A stretch of 64,000 nucleotides of DNA from Geosiphon pyriformis uo1 (Eukaryota; Fungi; Glomeromycota). The notes under the pieces were generated by a model. That model had not been told where the DNA came from, did not search any database, and was given only the letters and a program-made list of their open reading frames with translations. This document shows, piece by piece, positions 11,001 to 22,903 of this stretch. Location: positions 1,551,924 to 1,615,923 of the forward strand of contig JAAOMT010000009.1 in NCBI GenBank assembly GCA_016748015.1, written 5' to 3'. Numbering within the stretch: the stretch's first letter is position 1; every line of letters starts with the position of its first letter. The position numbers and the translations under genes were made by a program.

Positions 11001-13645
11001 TCGACTTAGCAATGGCATTAATTAATGAAGCTACCAAAGAAGATATCTGTCAAATAAAGGAAGCAGAATACATTGAATACACCATGGAATTAGCTGGATT
11101 TGATTATGAAGATGAAGTAGAAGTCTACCACCAAATTGCAAGTCACACCTACCCAACCCAAGAAGCTCAAATTCAACAATTAGAGCAAATGAACATTAGG
11201 CTATGTAAAGAATGCATTATGCCTTGTGATGAACAGTGGTGTTCTGAATACTACACTCTTAGCATCCCCTTGCCCAGCAAAAGTGATAAGAATAAAATTG
11301 AATTTGGAGAATCTGAAGCAACAGAAGAAATTGAAACAACACCCATCTATTTTATCAAAAATCAGCCTGCCTTACAACTCAAATACTTCAACAACAATGG
11401 ACAAAGAATAAAACCCAAAAAAGCACATGAAATTGATGCTGGATATAACCTAAGATATCTAGACAAGGATATTCTTGTTCTCAAACCCAAATCTTTCACA
11501 AAAATCAACCTCAAAATTGCTCTCGAAATCCCACCAGGAGCAATGGTCCAAATTGCTTCACGATCATCATTGGCGAGCAAAGGAATTAATGTTAGAAAAG
11601 GAATCATAGATGTGGGATACACAGGAGATATTACAATCATGTTACAAAATGAAACCAATAAACCTTTCAAAATTGAACATGCTAAAAAAATTGCTCAAGC
11701 TATTTATTTACCCTTAATTAACATTTTGGGTTTACAATTAGTCAGTCAAAGAGAACAATTGAGAAAAAGTAAAAGAGGAACCAATGGTTTTGGTTCAACT
11801 GGACGATTCACAGTTTCAATAAACATAGCTCTTAATGAACAAAGTGAATCTTACCAAATTCTATGACTTCCACAACCAATTACTATTTCACTCTTTGGAG
11901 AACACCCTAAAATTTACACTTGTGAAAAGCCAACAACCACACAACAAATTTTTGAATCCAATGAACAAATCTGTTTGGAACATAATATCTCAATCTCAAA
12001 CATTTACATCCCAGAAGGAACAAAGAAAGTTTGAGTTACTTTTTACAACCCCAATAATTACCTCATAGTTTTATTAAATAACTTAGAAATTGGAGTTATT
12101 CACAGTAATATATTTCAACAAGAGTTATCCCAAACAGTCCCCAATTTCTCTGAAATTATTGGACATTCACTACCAAAAATCAACCCAAATCCCAGCTCTG
12201 AAAACTACCATGTTGTCATGAAAAAACTATCTCGAATCAACATGAAACAACTTGAACCACAACAACAAAACCAGCTCAAAGAGTTAATTGCAGAATTTGC
12301 TGATATTTTTGCCAAAAACAACAATGACTTAGGAAGAACCAATTTGGTTCAACATTAAATCTATACAGAAGATGCCAAACCAAGGTGACAACAAGCCTAC
12401 CGAGTTGCTCTAGAAAGTCACCAATTTATCCGAGAAGAAGTACAATGGATGCTTAACAATGGACTTATTCAACCATTAATGAGTTCATGGGCCTTGCCTG
12501 TGGTTCTAGTTAAAAAGAAAAATGGAAAGATATGATTTTGTGTTGATTATTGACAACTCAACAGTGTCACTATTAGAGATGCCTACCTTCTTCTTCAAAT
12601 TGATGACATGTTGGACACCCTTGGAAAATCCAAATACTTTTTGACATTAGATTTAGAAAGTGAATACTGGCAAGTTGCCATGGATCCCAAAAATCACCCC
12701 AAAACAGCATTCACCACTCAAGGAGGAAATTACGAGTTCAATATAATGCCTTTTGGATTATGCAATGCACCAACAACATTCCAAAGACTCATGGATGTTG
12801 TTTACCAAAGCTTCCTTTGGAAATCAGTAGTTGTCTACCTTGATGATACTGATGTTTATTCACCATCTTTTGAATTATACTTAAAACACTTGCGAGAAGT
12901 TTTTCAATGATTACAGAAAGCAGGATTGAAACTGAACATTGAAAAATACTACTTTGGAAAAACGAGTTTGGCTTTTCTTAGTCACATTGTTAGCAAAGAT
13001 GGAATTAAACCAGACCCCGGAAAAATCAGTACTATCAAAAACTTCAAGACTTCACAAAATACCACAGAATTAAAAGGATTTATTGGATTAGCATCCTATT
13101 ACCGAAAATTCATTAAAGGATTCTTAGAAATTGCAAAACTCCTTAACCAGCTCACTACTAAAAACGTCGAATACAAATGGACAGAAGAACACCAAAAAGC
13201 TTTTGAAATTCTCAAGGAAAAGCTGACAACAGCTCCAATTCTCACCTATCCAGACTTTAGTAACTGATTTCAACTAGCTACAGACACTTCTTATACTGTC
13301 TTTGGTGCCATCTTATCACAATTAGATGACAATAGAAATAAGTGAGTAATCATTTATGCTAGCAGAACATTAAAACCAGCTGAGAAAAACTACTCTGCCA
13401 CAGAACTAGAAACAGCAGCCATAATTTGGGCTCTACATCATTTCAATCTTTATCTTAGGCCTAAAGAATTTGACATTATTACTGATAATATTAGACTTAA
13501 ATGGCTTCAAAACAAAAACACTCAACTAAACGCAAAACAAACCTGATGGACAGGATTTTTAGCCAACTACCAATACATTATACACCACAAATCAGGAAAA
13601 CTTCACACCAATATTGATTGTCTCTCAAGAATAAGGCAAGATTAG
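8009..13645 (+). pseudogene. Single-frame polyprotein: N-terminal extension-Gag-PR-Cys-rich domain-dUTPase-RT-RNase H, with premature stops
   Basis: ORF pieces at 8222, 9131, 10808, 12608 and 12926 share one frame. Motifs CHYCGIPGHWKRDC, LILNSRS (LDSGS-type), VYLDD and HKSGKLHTNIDCLSR; TAG at 13643-13645. Confidence 0.85.
11402..11803 (+). CDS. dUTPase domain inside the polyprotein
   Basis: All five trimeric dUTPase motifs: DAGYNL, RSSL, GIIDVGYTG, IAQ and RGTNGFGSTG. Confidence 0.92.
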
Positions 13646-13691
13646 AATACAAAACCAACACCCATTTGAATTAACAACAAAACAACAAACA

Positions 13692-15077
13692 ATGAACCCC
13701 GAAAACTACAACAATCTTAAACAATATTTGGAGACATTAACAATTCCAACAGATTGGTCTCCAGATGAAAAACATCGGTTACAACAACAAGCCAAGCAAT
13801 ACTTCTTACACAACAACATGATTTATTATTGAAACTTCAGAAACCCAAACAATCCACTCAGATTAATACAAGAACATAAAAAAGAAACCATTTTATATAA
13901 TATGCACTCAGACTCTTTATTAACACACCTAGGAAAAGACAACACCACCCAGAGAACACTAGAATATTACTTTTGGCCTTAAATGAGAAAAGACATTTAT
14001 GAATACGTTAAGTCTTATGATAGTTGTCAAAGAAGAGAAGGAACTCACCTTACAAAACCTTTAAACCCAATTAAAGTTGGACAGCCTTTTGACCGAATTA
14101 GTATTGATTTAGTTGGACCACTACCTATCACAAACCAAAGAAACCATTATATTGCAGTAACTGTAGACTATCTTACCAAATGGCCTAAAGCCAGAGCCAT
14201 TCAATGAGCAGATGTGAAATCAGTAGCAAACTTCATCTACAAAAACATCATTTGTAGACATGAATGCCCAATAGAACTTTTATCTGATCAAGGAACACAT
14301 TTTGTAAACAATTTAATCCAGAAAATTTGTGGATGATTTAATGTCAAGAGACCATTATCTTCACCCTACCATCCACAAACAAATAGACTTGTAGAATGGT
14401 TCAACAGAACATTGTGTGAATCATTAACCAAAGTCTCAACCAATTTTGAGCAAGAATGGGATCTCTTTATTCCATCAGTGTTATTAGCATATAGAACACT
14501 AAAACAAAATACCACAAAACACACACCATTTGATTTAACTTATGAAAGGACAGCAACATTACCAATTAGTTTCACAGTGGAAACATACCCAGCACAACCA
14601 ATCGATAAAAACAATTTCTAGGAAACACTACAATGAAGAGCCTACATTCTGCTTAGCACATTAGAAGAAAAACAACGAATAGCAGCCACCCATATTAAAT
14701 ACTCCCAAGCTCAACAAAAAAAACAGCATGACAACAAATTGCCTCCAGTTACCAATAGATTTAAAATTAGAAACAAAGTTCTCTTACACAGAACTAAAGC
14801 TGAAAAACAATGGAGTGGAAAATTTGAAAATAAATGAGATGGACCATTTTTTATTCATGAAGTCCTAGGCAACAGATCATACAAGCTAAGACTTGATGAC
14901 AAAGTCCTAGCAAAAGTTGCACATGGAGATCATTTGAAACACTATAATTCCAGAAACAATCCTAAACCATTAATTCCACAAATTGGTACACATTCCTCTT
15001 TAATCAATTCCGAAGATATTCCCTGAAATTTAGAACTAATAGTTGTCATTGAACAATCTTCCAACTTGAACACTTAA
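13692..15077 (+). pseudogene. Stand-alone integrase ORF (HHCC, DDE, GPF), family A copy 1
   Basis: ATG 13692 in the +1 frame relative to RT/RH. Motifs HLG...YFWP, DLVGPLP, SDQGTHF, LVE and GPF; stop 15075-15077. Confidence 0.88.
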
Positions 15078-15199
15078 TTCAAATTTATTATTATAGTTAT
15101 CTCCTTATAATTTAGAAACAATCTCACAAAAACAAAACAAAAATAACATAAAAACCCATACACCAAAAATAATTTTCTTTTATTTTCAAATCTTTTATA

Positions 15200-15919
15200 A
15201 TGATTATTTCTCAAAACATTTAACAATTATCTCAAAAACTAATGTTAGCTTTAAAAACAATACCTGAATTATCTATTACTGTTACTGGAAACCACATTAA
15301 TTATACCCAAACAGAAGTAGTTACAAATTTAGCCCCAAATGCACAAAAATATCACCTGTATAAAAAGAACACAAGAAATTATTCTGGAATTCACCTGCCA
15401 GAACTTTTAAAGCTTGCTTTAAGAGAAAACTTAATGCTCACTCCTATTAGTATTCCACCGAATGCTACTATTCAACAAAAACTTCAACTGTGTCTTAATG
15501 AAGAAAACTATGACTATACTCCAATATATAGATATTTCTACATTAGAAAAACACTTCATAAACAAAAATGAGAGCTTACAGCAGCAAACTTCACAAAAGA
15601 AGCTATTCAGAAACAACTCTACAATGAATTCAAGACAACAGCTGAACCTACAAACAGTCATTATAAACTAAGAGCTGCTCTTAGACTTTATGATTTATTT
15701 CACACCTGTGAAAACGTTCTACAAAACCCAATTTTACAGCCTTTGAAGATTCAATATATTGAAAAGCTCACAGAACTAAAATTTCAACAATTTTCAGACC
15801 AAATTTCTTCAATAATTTTGGATTACTATCTGGAAATTACAGACAGTACTTGAACTTTAATAGAGCTCAGTCTTGAGAAGGAAGTTATGTTACCAGACAA
15901 AATTAGAGATATTGTTTAG
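15200..15919 (+). pseudogene. ORF3 of unknown function (239 codons), family A copy 1
   Basis: Same 720-nt frame in copy 2 (61955-62674); runs through the PPT (15875-15884) into the 3' LTR. Confidence 0.75.
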
Positions 15920-16876
15920 CATGAAATTACCCTTATAAATCTTATCATTAATTAGCATATATTATCATTTCAAATTATCACTTATTACATTAGCAAAATG
16001 TCCAAAATTATCATTTAATTAATAACCCAATTTGTACATAACACAAATGTAACCTAAGTGTGATGATCAATCATGCAATGCCCCAAAATATGTAACATTC
16101 AAAAGTTTGCCAAAATTTGTAGAAATTCGCCAAAATAATTAATAGTTTACTGAGATATCTAATAGTTCACAGAAATAACTTGTAGTTTGCCAAAATGTAT
16201 CTTTAGTTCAGCAAAATTGTAGAAAAGAGCAAAGTTTAAGTTCATAGAATAGTGTTACGACAAGTTGTATAAAAAAAAAGCTTCTTTCTTCGAGAAAATG
16301 TATCTTACTTCAGATTTAACAATTAAAATCATCTTTTATATACAAAAACGAAATAAATATCAAATAATTTAAAAAATCAAATCCTTAATTATTTTCCTTT
16401 TGAAATTAACCAATCCCTACTAAACAGTTTGAAATTGATTAGCTACTAATTTCAGTAAACTGTTAAAACACTTCCAGGCCTGAATTCAAAATGACTTTAA
16501 TAAATCAATTCCTCATTTCTTTTTCTTTTCTTTTCTTTTCTTTTCTTTTCTTTTATTATTCTAATCATTAAGGTAGCCTACAAACAAGAATTTCTGTAAA
16601 AGAGTTGACTTTCACAGCAAAGTAACTACACATTTTTAGTGAGCTTCCAGATGAGCATTTCCTGGAAAAGAGTTGACGTTTACTACAACGTAACTATACA
16701 AAACACCTTGCACAGAATTGGCCATTCTACTATAAGCCCAGCAGTTCGAATTATAGGAAATAATTCAAAGAGATAAATTCAGTTATCGGAGGTTCAAACA
16801 CTTCCCATAGTCATAAATTAACAGCATTACAACAAACATACAAGAGCTAAGAAGAGACCAAAAACCTTCAGTAATA
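15888..16876 (+). repeat. 3' LTR, family A copy 1 (mosaic)
   Basis: TGTTAC...GTAATA termini, preceded by PPT GAGAAGGAAG. Confidence 0.93.
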
Positions 16877-17437
16877 GCAAATTGAATGAGTATGGATTCA
16901 ATATGCAAGATCAGTTTTATAAAATATCTCAGTCGCTATTCTTTTCAAAAGATAACAAGGAAATCTGAAGGTAAAGGGATAGTTTGTACTGTCAACAATT
17001 AATTACCACTGGTATAATTCTATGCCTTACATTGGCACTCTTAGAATTCAATATCAGGTATCAACTTGTGCTTTTCAGGCACATTTATTCAAATAATCTT
17101 CAAATGTTACAATTATATACGTCAAGAAAAGGCCAACAAGTAATTTTTTATCTTTAAGATGTTCAGATACTTGAAGATAAGGAAAAAAAAATTAGTGATA
17201 AGAAAAGGATTGAGATGAAAGTTGTTATTTTATTTATTCTTGATTATTCAGATGCTTGTTATTACATGCTTTTCTACAGCTAAGAGATTCATTGCTTATA
17301 TAGCTATCAAAAGTGGTCAATGATCAGATCAATAATCAGGTCAATAATCACTATTTAAAAATAGAGTGGCTAATTATATGACATCAGTGGCTAATACATA
17401 TGATAACTAATAAAAACTATGAGTTTCAACCGTAACA
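16877..17437 (-). repeat. Partial LTR of family B, reverse orientation
   Basis: Reverse complement starts TGTTACGGTTGAAAC and aligns to 17887-18530; truncated by the family A LTR. Confidence 0.88.
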
Positions 17438-17886
17438 ATATATAATACAATAGCAGCATTGGCACTAAGCCCAATCTTGATGACTAATAAGATTTTTGTA
17501 TGTGATTTGAATTTTTTAGCTTGTAAAAAATGTTGCAAATAAAAGTTAATAGAAAAAAGTGGCAAAGAGCCATATATTAGAAATTATTACTATCAAACAA
17601 TTGGCAATAGTTGTTAAAGCTCTATGAAATCTATTAAGTGATTTCCTTTTTAATAGCTAATAGATACCTCAACTGTGTGTTTAAATAATAGAACTGGGTG
17701 AAGTTTAAGATCTTATAAGACATGTATCAACAAAAGAGCTTGATTCATAATCTTTATATTATAGCCTTAGACAAGAATCTTGCCAAATATTACATTAAAC
17801 AATATGAGCATTAGTGCTACAATAACCATGATTTATATTTTACACAACTCTCAGACTGCATATATCAAAATTATTATCCACCATAG

Positions 17887-18613
17887 TGTTATGGTTGAAA
17901 CCTATATTTTTTATTAATTATCACATGTATTAGCTATTAATGTTATATAATTAGCCACTCTATTTTTAGATAGTAATTATTGACTTAATCAATGACCTGA
18001 TTATTGACCTGATCATTGACTTAATCATTGATTTGATCATTAACCTAATTATTAACCTAGTCGTTGATTTGATTATTGACCATTTTTAATAGCTATATAA
18101 GTGATGAATCTCTTAGCTGTAAAAAAATATGTAAGAATCAAAAGAAATAAAAGAAATAAAATAACAACTTCATCTCAATCATTCTCTTATCACTAATTTT
18201 TCTTTCTCTACCTTCAAGTATCTGAACATTTTGGGATAAAAGATTACTTGTTGGTTATTCTTTAATTTTTTCCTGAAATGTGTAATTGTAGCATTTGAAG
18301 ATTATTAAATAAAATGTAACTGAAGAGTATATTTGATACCTAATATTAAATTCTAAGAGTGCCAACATGAGGCATAGAATTATACCAGTATATGATTATT
18401 TGTTGACAGTATAAACTATCTCTCTATCTTTAGATTTTCTGGTTATCTTTTGAAAAGTATAGTTACTGAGATATTTTATAAGACTGATCTTATATATTGA
18501 ATTCATACTTATTCAATTTACTCTTTGAAGTTGAATTCTCTTTGATTTTTTTTATCACCCTACAATTTTGTTTTTCTTTGCTATCCATTAGCTTGTTACT
18601 CCAACTCATAACA
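17887..18613 (+). repeat. 5' LTR, family B
   Basis: TGTTAT...ATAACA termini; internal 12-bp tandem (ATTGACCTGATC-like) array at ~17978-18082. Confidence 0.95.
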
Positions 18614-18619
18614 TAAAAG

Positions 18620-18638
18620 TAGTGCTTCTTGTGAGGTT
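18620..18638 (+). other. Primer binding site, resembling the complement of an elongator tRNA-Met 3' end
   Basis: TAGTGCTTCTTGTGAGGTT, read as TGGTGC...GTGAGG with one G>A. The 6-nt spacer after the LTR is somewhat long. Confidence 0.5.
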
Positions 18639-18683
18639 GTTAAAATCCACTTTGTTTCTTATTATATGGGTGATTATTTATAT

Positions 18684-21600
18684 CTGTCACAACAATTAGA
18701 AGAACACTTTGAAGCACACAACAAAAACAATTTAGATTTTATTGAACTCAATTTTTTGCTCTTCTGCTTGATTTGCTTCCCCATTGAAAAACAATTTAGT
18801 AGACAATTCCAAAATTTTTAGAACTGGTTCCTGAATGAGCATTTAGCTGAAACTTACACAATCTATACAATTTATTACTTTGACTAAGCTTATCTTGAAG
18901 ACAACTTTAAAGAAAAAAACAACAGCATCAATCAACTTTTATACTTCACAATCTTTGAACAACAGCCCCCTGATTTCGAATATCTGAATCATTAAATCCA
19001 CATTTGAATTGCTGTCCATCAATCAACTAAAACTTCTTTTGAAACAGAAAAAGAAAGCTACCAAACTGCTCCTGTTTTTGATCTTTTATCAAGTAAATCA
19101 GATTTATCTACACAAACAGTTACTTCTAAACCAATGGTTAATGATTCTATGCAACAAAACATTCTGATTACCCTTCAAGGCATACAAACTGCTTTAGAGC
19201 AAAGAAACAATACCCTATTATCATTATTCAGAAACAATGCATAAGATCTAATTGAATAGTTGGATGACTTTAAAAAAGCTACTACAGCCAACCAATATAA
19301 TAATAAATACAAGTTTCAAATTGTTGGTGGCTATCTTCAAGACTCTTTTGCTACTTGGTTCTCACAAGAAACCAATGCCAATGCTTAACAAAGAATTATT
19401 AGATGAGCACCAGCAAATGCTAAAGAAGACAACATCTCTTTTACTACCCAGTTTGAAATGAAATTTAAAACCCCTATTTTGATATCTAAATGGCACATGG
19501 AACTAGAAAAAAAAATCCAAGGTCCTGGTAAAGTGGTAACTAAATATGTCAAAGTCATCAAAAAGTTAATTAAAAGAGTAGACTTTGGAAGAAACTAGAC
19601 AAAAGAGCAAAAGATTTATTTCTTTACAAAAAGATTGAAAACAGATTTGTCATATGCTCTTTGGCCTCTCCTGGTCCTAAAAAACAATTCTACAATAGAT
19701 ATGGCCATTAAACTAACTCAACAAATTGAAGACAATCAAAAGATGCACTTGGAATTCACTCTTTCAGTTTTTGCTTCTGTTTCTGTTATGGCCTCTGCTT
19801 CTCAAATGACTGCTACCTTTTTTGCTGCCCAAACTCAAGATCCAAATGAACAGTTAATAGATAAACTCACTGCTAATCTTGTCTGGTTACTGGAACTTTT
19901 AGCCCAAGCAGTCAAAGAGAATCAATAACTACAAAGACTCAGATTTGAATCTCATTTTAATTAGCCCCAACAACCTCCTTATTAAAAACAACCAAATCGT
20001 GGTCCACCTGTGTGTTATTACTGTGGATTAACTAAACATTTCTCTAGAGATTGCAACAATCTTCTTTTGCTTCCTCTAGCTCCCAAAAACAATGACAATT
20101 AAAACAACCAACATTAATTTCTTTGAAAAAGATCCCCTAGTTGAAGCCACTGTTTATTAGTCTTTAAACTAGTAGGTGTACTTCCAAAGGGTAATAGTGC
20201 AAGCCAACCAGAAAAAAATCTCTTTTACACTTTTAACCTAACTAATGATGACCATAATATAGATGAACTAGCAATTAACACTTCTGACTTAACAAAAAAG
20301 AAGAAAAAAGCCAAGATTGATTTTGTTCTAAATTTCAACTTCTACTGCTAATAACAATAAGCCATCAAAGGCTAAAGTTTTTAAGAATTCTTCAAAGTTA
20401 GAACTTCCAAAAATAGTACAAAAATCTGGTCCTTATTGTGTTATCAAAGATCTTATAAAAACATCTGCTTATATTATTTTTGGCCAATTAATGACCTATT
20501 CCCAATTCAGAAAAAATCTTTGCAAATCTTTGATTCTTAAGAAAAAGACACCAAAAATCAACAAGTGCCTACACCAAGCTGGACTTGCTAATAACAGCAA
20601 TGTTACCTTTCTTATTTGTAAAGCCCAAGTGGTTGGTTACTTTATTGATCTGATTCTGGATAGTAAATTATCTGTTAGCATTATTGTCAAATACTTTTTA
20701 AAAGCAATCGGCAGAAAAATTGATGAATTATTCACAAGACCAATGACCAATATACATGATGACAAGAAAAAAGATCTGGGCATAGCCAAAGCTGTTTCTA
20801 TCCAAATCAATGGCATTAGCATTAAAACTAACATAAAAGTATCTGAAGTAAAAAAATATACCATAATAGTTGACAATAAATGACTCAAGAAAGCAAAAGT
20901 CTTGTTTAATTATAAACTTTGTAAGCTAATCATCAGATGTGGTGAAAAGTCCATTGTGGTTAAATGCTGTTATTGGACAACCTCTCCAGTATCTAAGCAA
21001 AACCAAAAAGAAGAACAATTAAATAAATCAGATGATGATAAGAGCAATAAAAAAGAAGATTAAAAAGAACAAAAAAAAACTGCTGAACTTGTCTATACTA
21101 TCTTTACCAGTAATGGCAAACCACTGGACAATGTTAAAGCTGACAAAAAAGGAATTATAATAAAAGACAAGCTAATTTGCTGGCCTTATTATGATATCCT
21201 TAGAAAAATTTTTGATAGAAAATCTGACAAAAAAGCAAAATACAGTTATTGGTAATATGGCTTTTGTGCCAGGTACTAATGTAATAAACTTTTATATTCC
21301 CCTAGTGATAAATACAAGTTCTGTCTAATCTATTACAAAGATTGTGAGCCAATTAGTTTGATATTCAGAGAAGAACTAAAAAAAGTACAGAAGTCCTTTG
21401 AAAATAAACCACCTGAAATCCAATCACTAGTTGTAAAACAAAAAAAATCTTCCTCTAAAGAAAAAAAAATGGACATTGAAAATCTGTTGGCTAGAAATAG
21501 CCCAGTTATTTTAAAAGAAGGTGACACCTCTGGACAAATCTATATGATACAACACACTATTAGCACCAAAGAAACTTGTCCTATCTATTTGAAGCCTTAT

Positions 21601-22845
21601 CAATCCAATCAATACAATAATGAGTTTATCAAGAAAAAGATAAACTGGATAAAAGATCTTGAATTCATACAAGAAACTAAGAGTGAATGAGCATTTTCAG
21701 TTGTAGTAATATTCAAAAAAAGTGGAACCCTATGTTTCTGTGTTAACTACCACCAATTAAATGTTATCACTATAAAAGACATGTACTCACTTCCCAAAAT
21801 TGATGCAATGCTAAATAAATTCAATGGTGCTGCTTTCTTTTTAACTATTAACTTAACTGCTGAATTCTAACAAATAGAAATGAATTCAGAAAGCAGAAAA
21901 AAAACTGCTTTTATTACCAAGTATAGTACCTATGAATTCACAGTTATGTCTTTTGGTCTCACCAATGCTCCTTTTATCTTTCAATGCTTAATGAACAAAG
22001 TATTTGAATCAGTAAAAGAAAACTTTGTTCTGGTTTATTTGGATGACATAATAGTCTACTCAAAAACCTGGAATAAACACCTTGAACATTTGCAGAAAGT
22101 TTTTGATCTGCTCAGAAATGTTGGCTTTAAGATCAATCCAATCAGATCTTTTTTTGAACACCAATCCACCCAGTTCTTTGGTTATTTTATTACAAAAAAT
22201 GGAATCTTCTCTAACTCAGCTAAAGTTAAAAAAGTTCAGTACATTAGACAACCAATGAATGTTCCTAAACTATGCTCTTTTTTTGGTTTGGCTTCTTACT
22301 ATCACAAAATTATCAAGGATTTCTCCAAAATTGCCTTTCCTTTCAATCAGCTATTCAGGAAAAATGTCAATTATCACTGGAGCACTTATCAACAAAAAGC
22401 TTTTGAAATTCTAAAGAAAAAACTTGTTACTGAACTAATTCTCAAGCAACCTGATCTGGACCAACTTTTTATCCTCCACACTGATACATCTGGCTATAGA
22501 CTTGGTGCTGTTCTTTCACAGAAAGATGAAAATGGCAGAAAACATGTCATAGCATATGCCAGTAGATCTTTCACACCAGCAGAAAAGAATTATTCAGTTA
22601 CTGAACAAGAATATTTAGCAGTAGTTTGGGCTACTAGTTACTGGAATTAATATCTTTTTGGTTTGAAATTTTTAGTAGTAACAGATCATCAAGCCTTGGT
22701 TTGGCTGTACAATAAAAAAAAGCTAGAACACAAACAAATAACTTGCTAAATACTCCACTTGGATGAATTCAACTATGATATTCAACACCATAAAGGAGCA
22801 AATCATCAAAATGCCAATGCTCTTTCTAGACTTATTATCCAATAA
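18684..22845 (+). pseudogene. Family B extension-Gag-PR-RT-RNase H polyprotein, disrupted
   Basis: In frame from CTG 18684 through ATG 19134, with one frameshift near 20335. RT 21880-22650; RNase H ends NANALSRLIIQ-TAA-TAG. Confidence 0.82.
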
Positions 22846-22903
22846 TAGTACAATCTTTCAAACTATATCAACCTAATTATTAGTAACTTCTTTACAAATA
22901 AAC

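Larger units (their letters stand above)
6986..16876 (+). mobile_element. Gypsy/Metaviridae LTR retrotransposon family A, copy 1 (dUTPase-bearing, degenerate)
   Basis: LTRs 6986-7963 and 15888-16876, PBS, PPT, Gag CCHC knuckle, protease, dUTPase, RT (YLDD), RNase H, integrase and ORF3. No matching TSD. Confidence 0.95.

Noticed and set aside
14940-15077. Chromodomain at the integrase C-terminus
   Set aside because: Only a short Pro-rich tail follows the GPF module; no aromatic-cage motif is visible.
15200-15919. ORF3 as a retroviral envelope gene
   Set aside because: It is short, with no visible signal peptide, furin site plus fusion peptide, or TM anchor.
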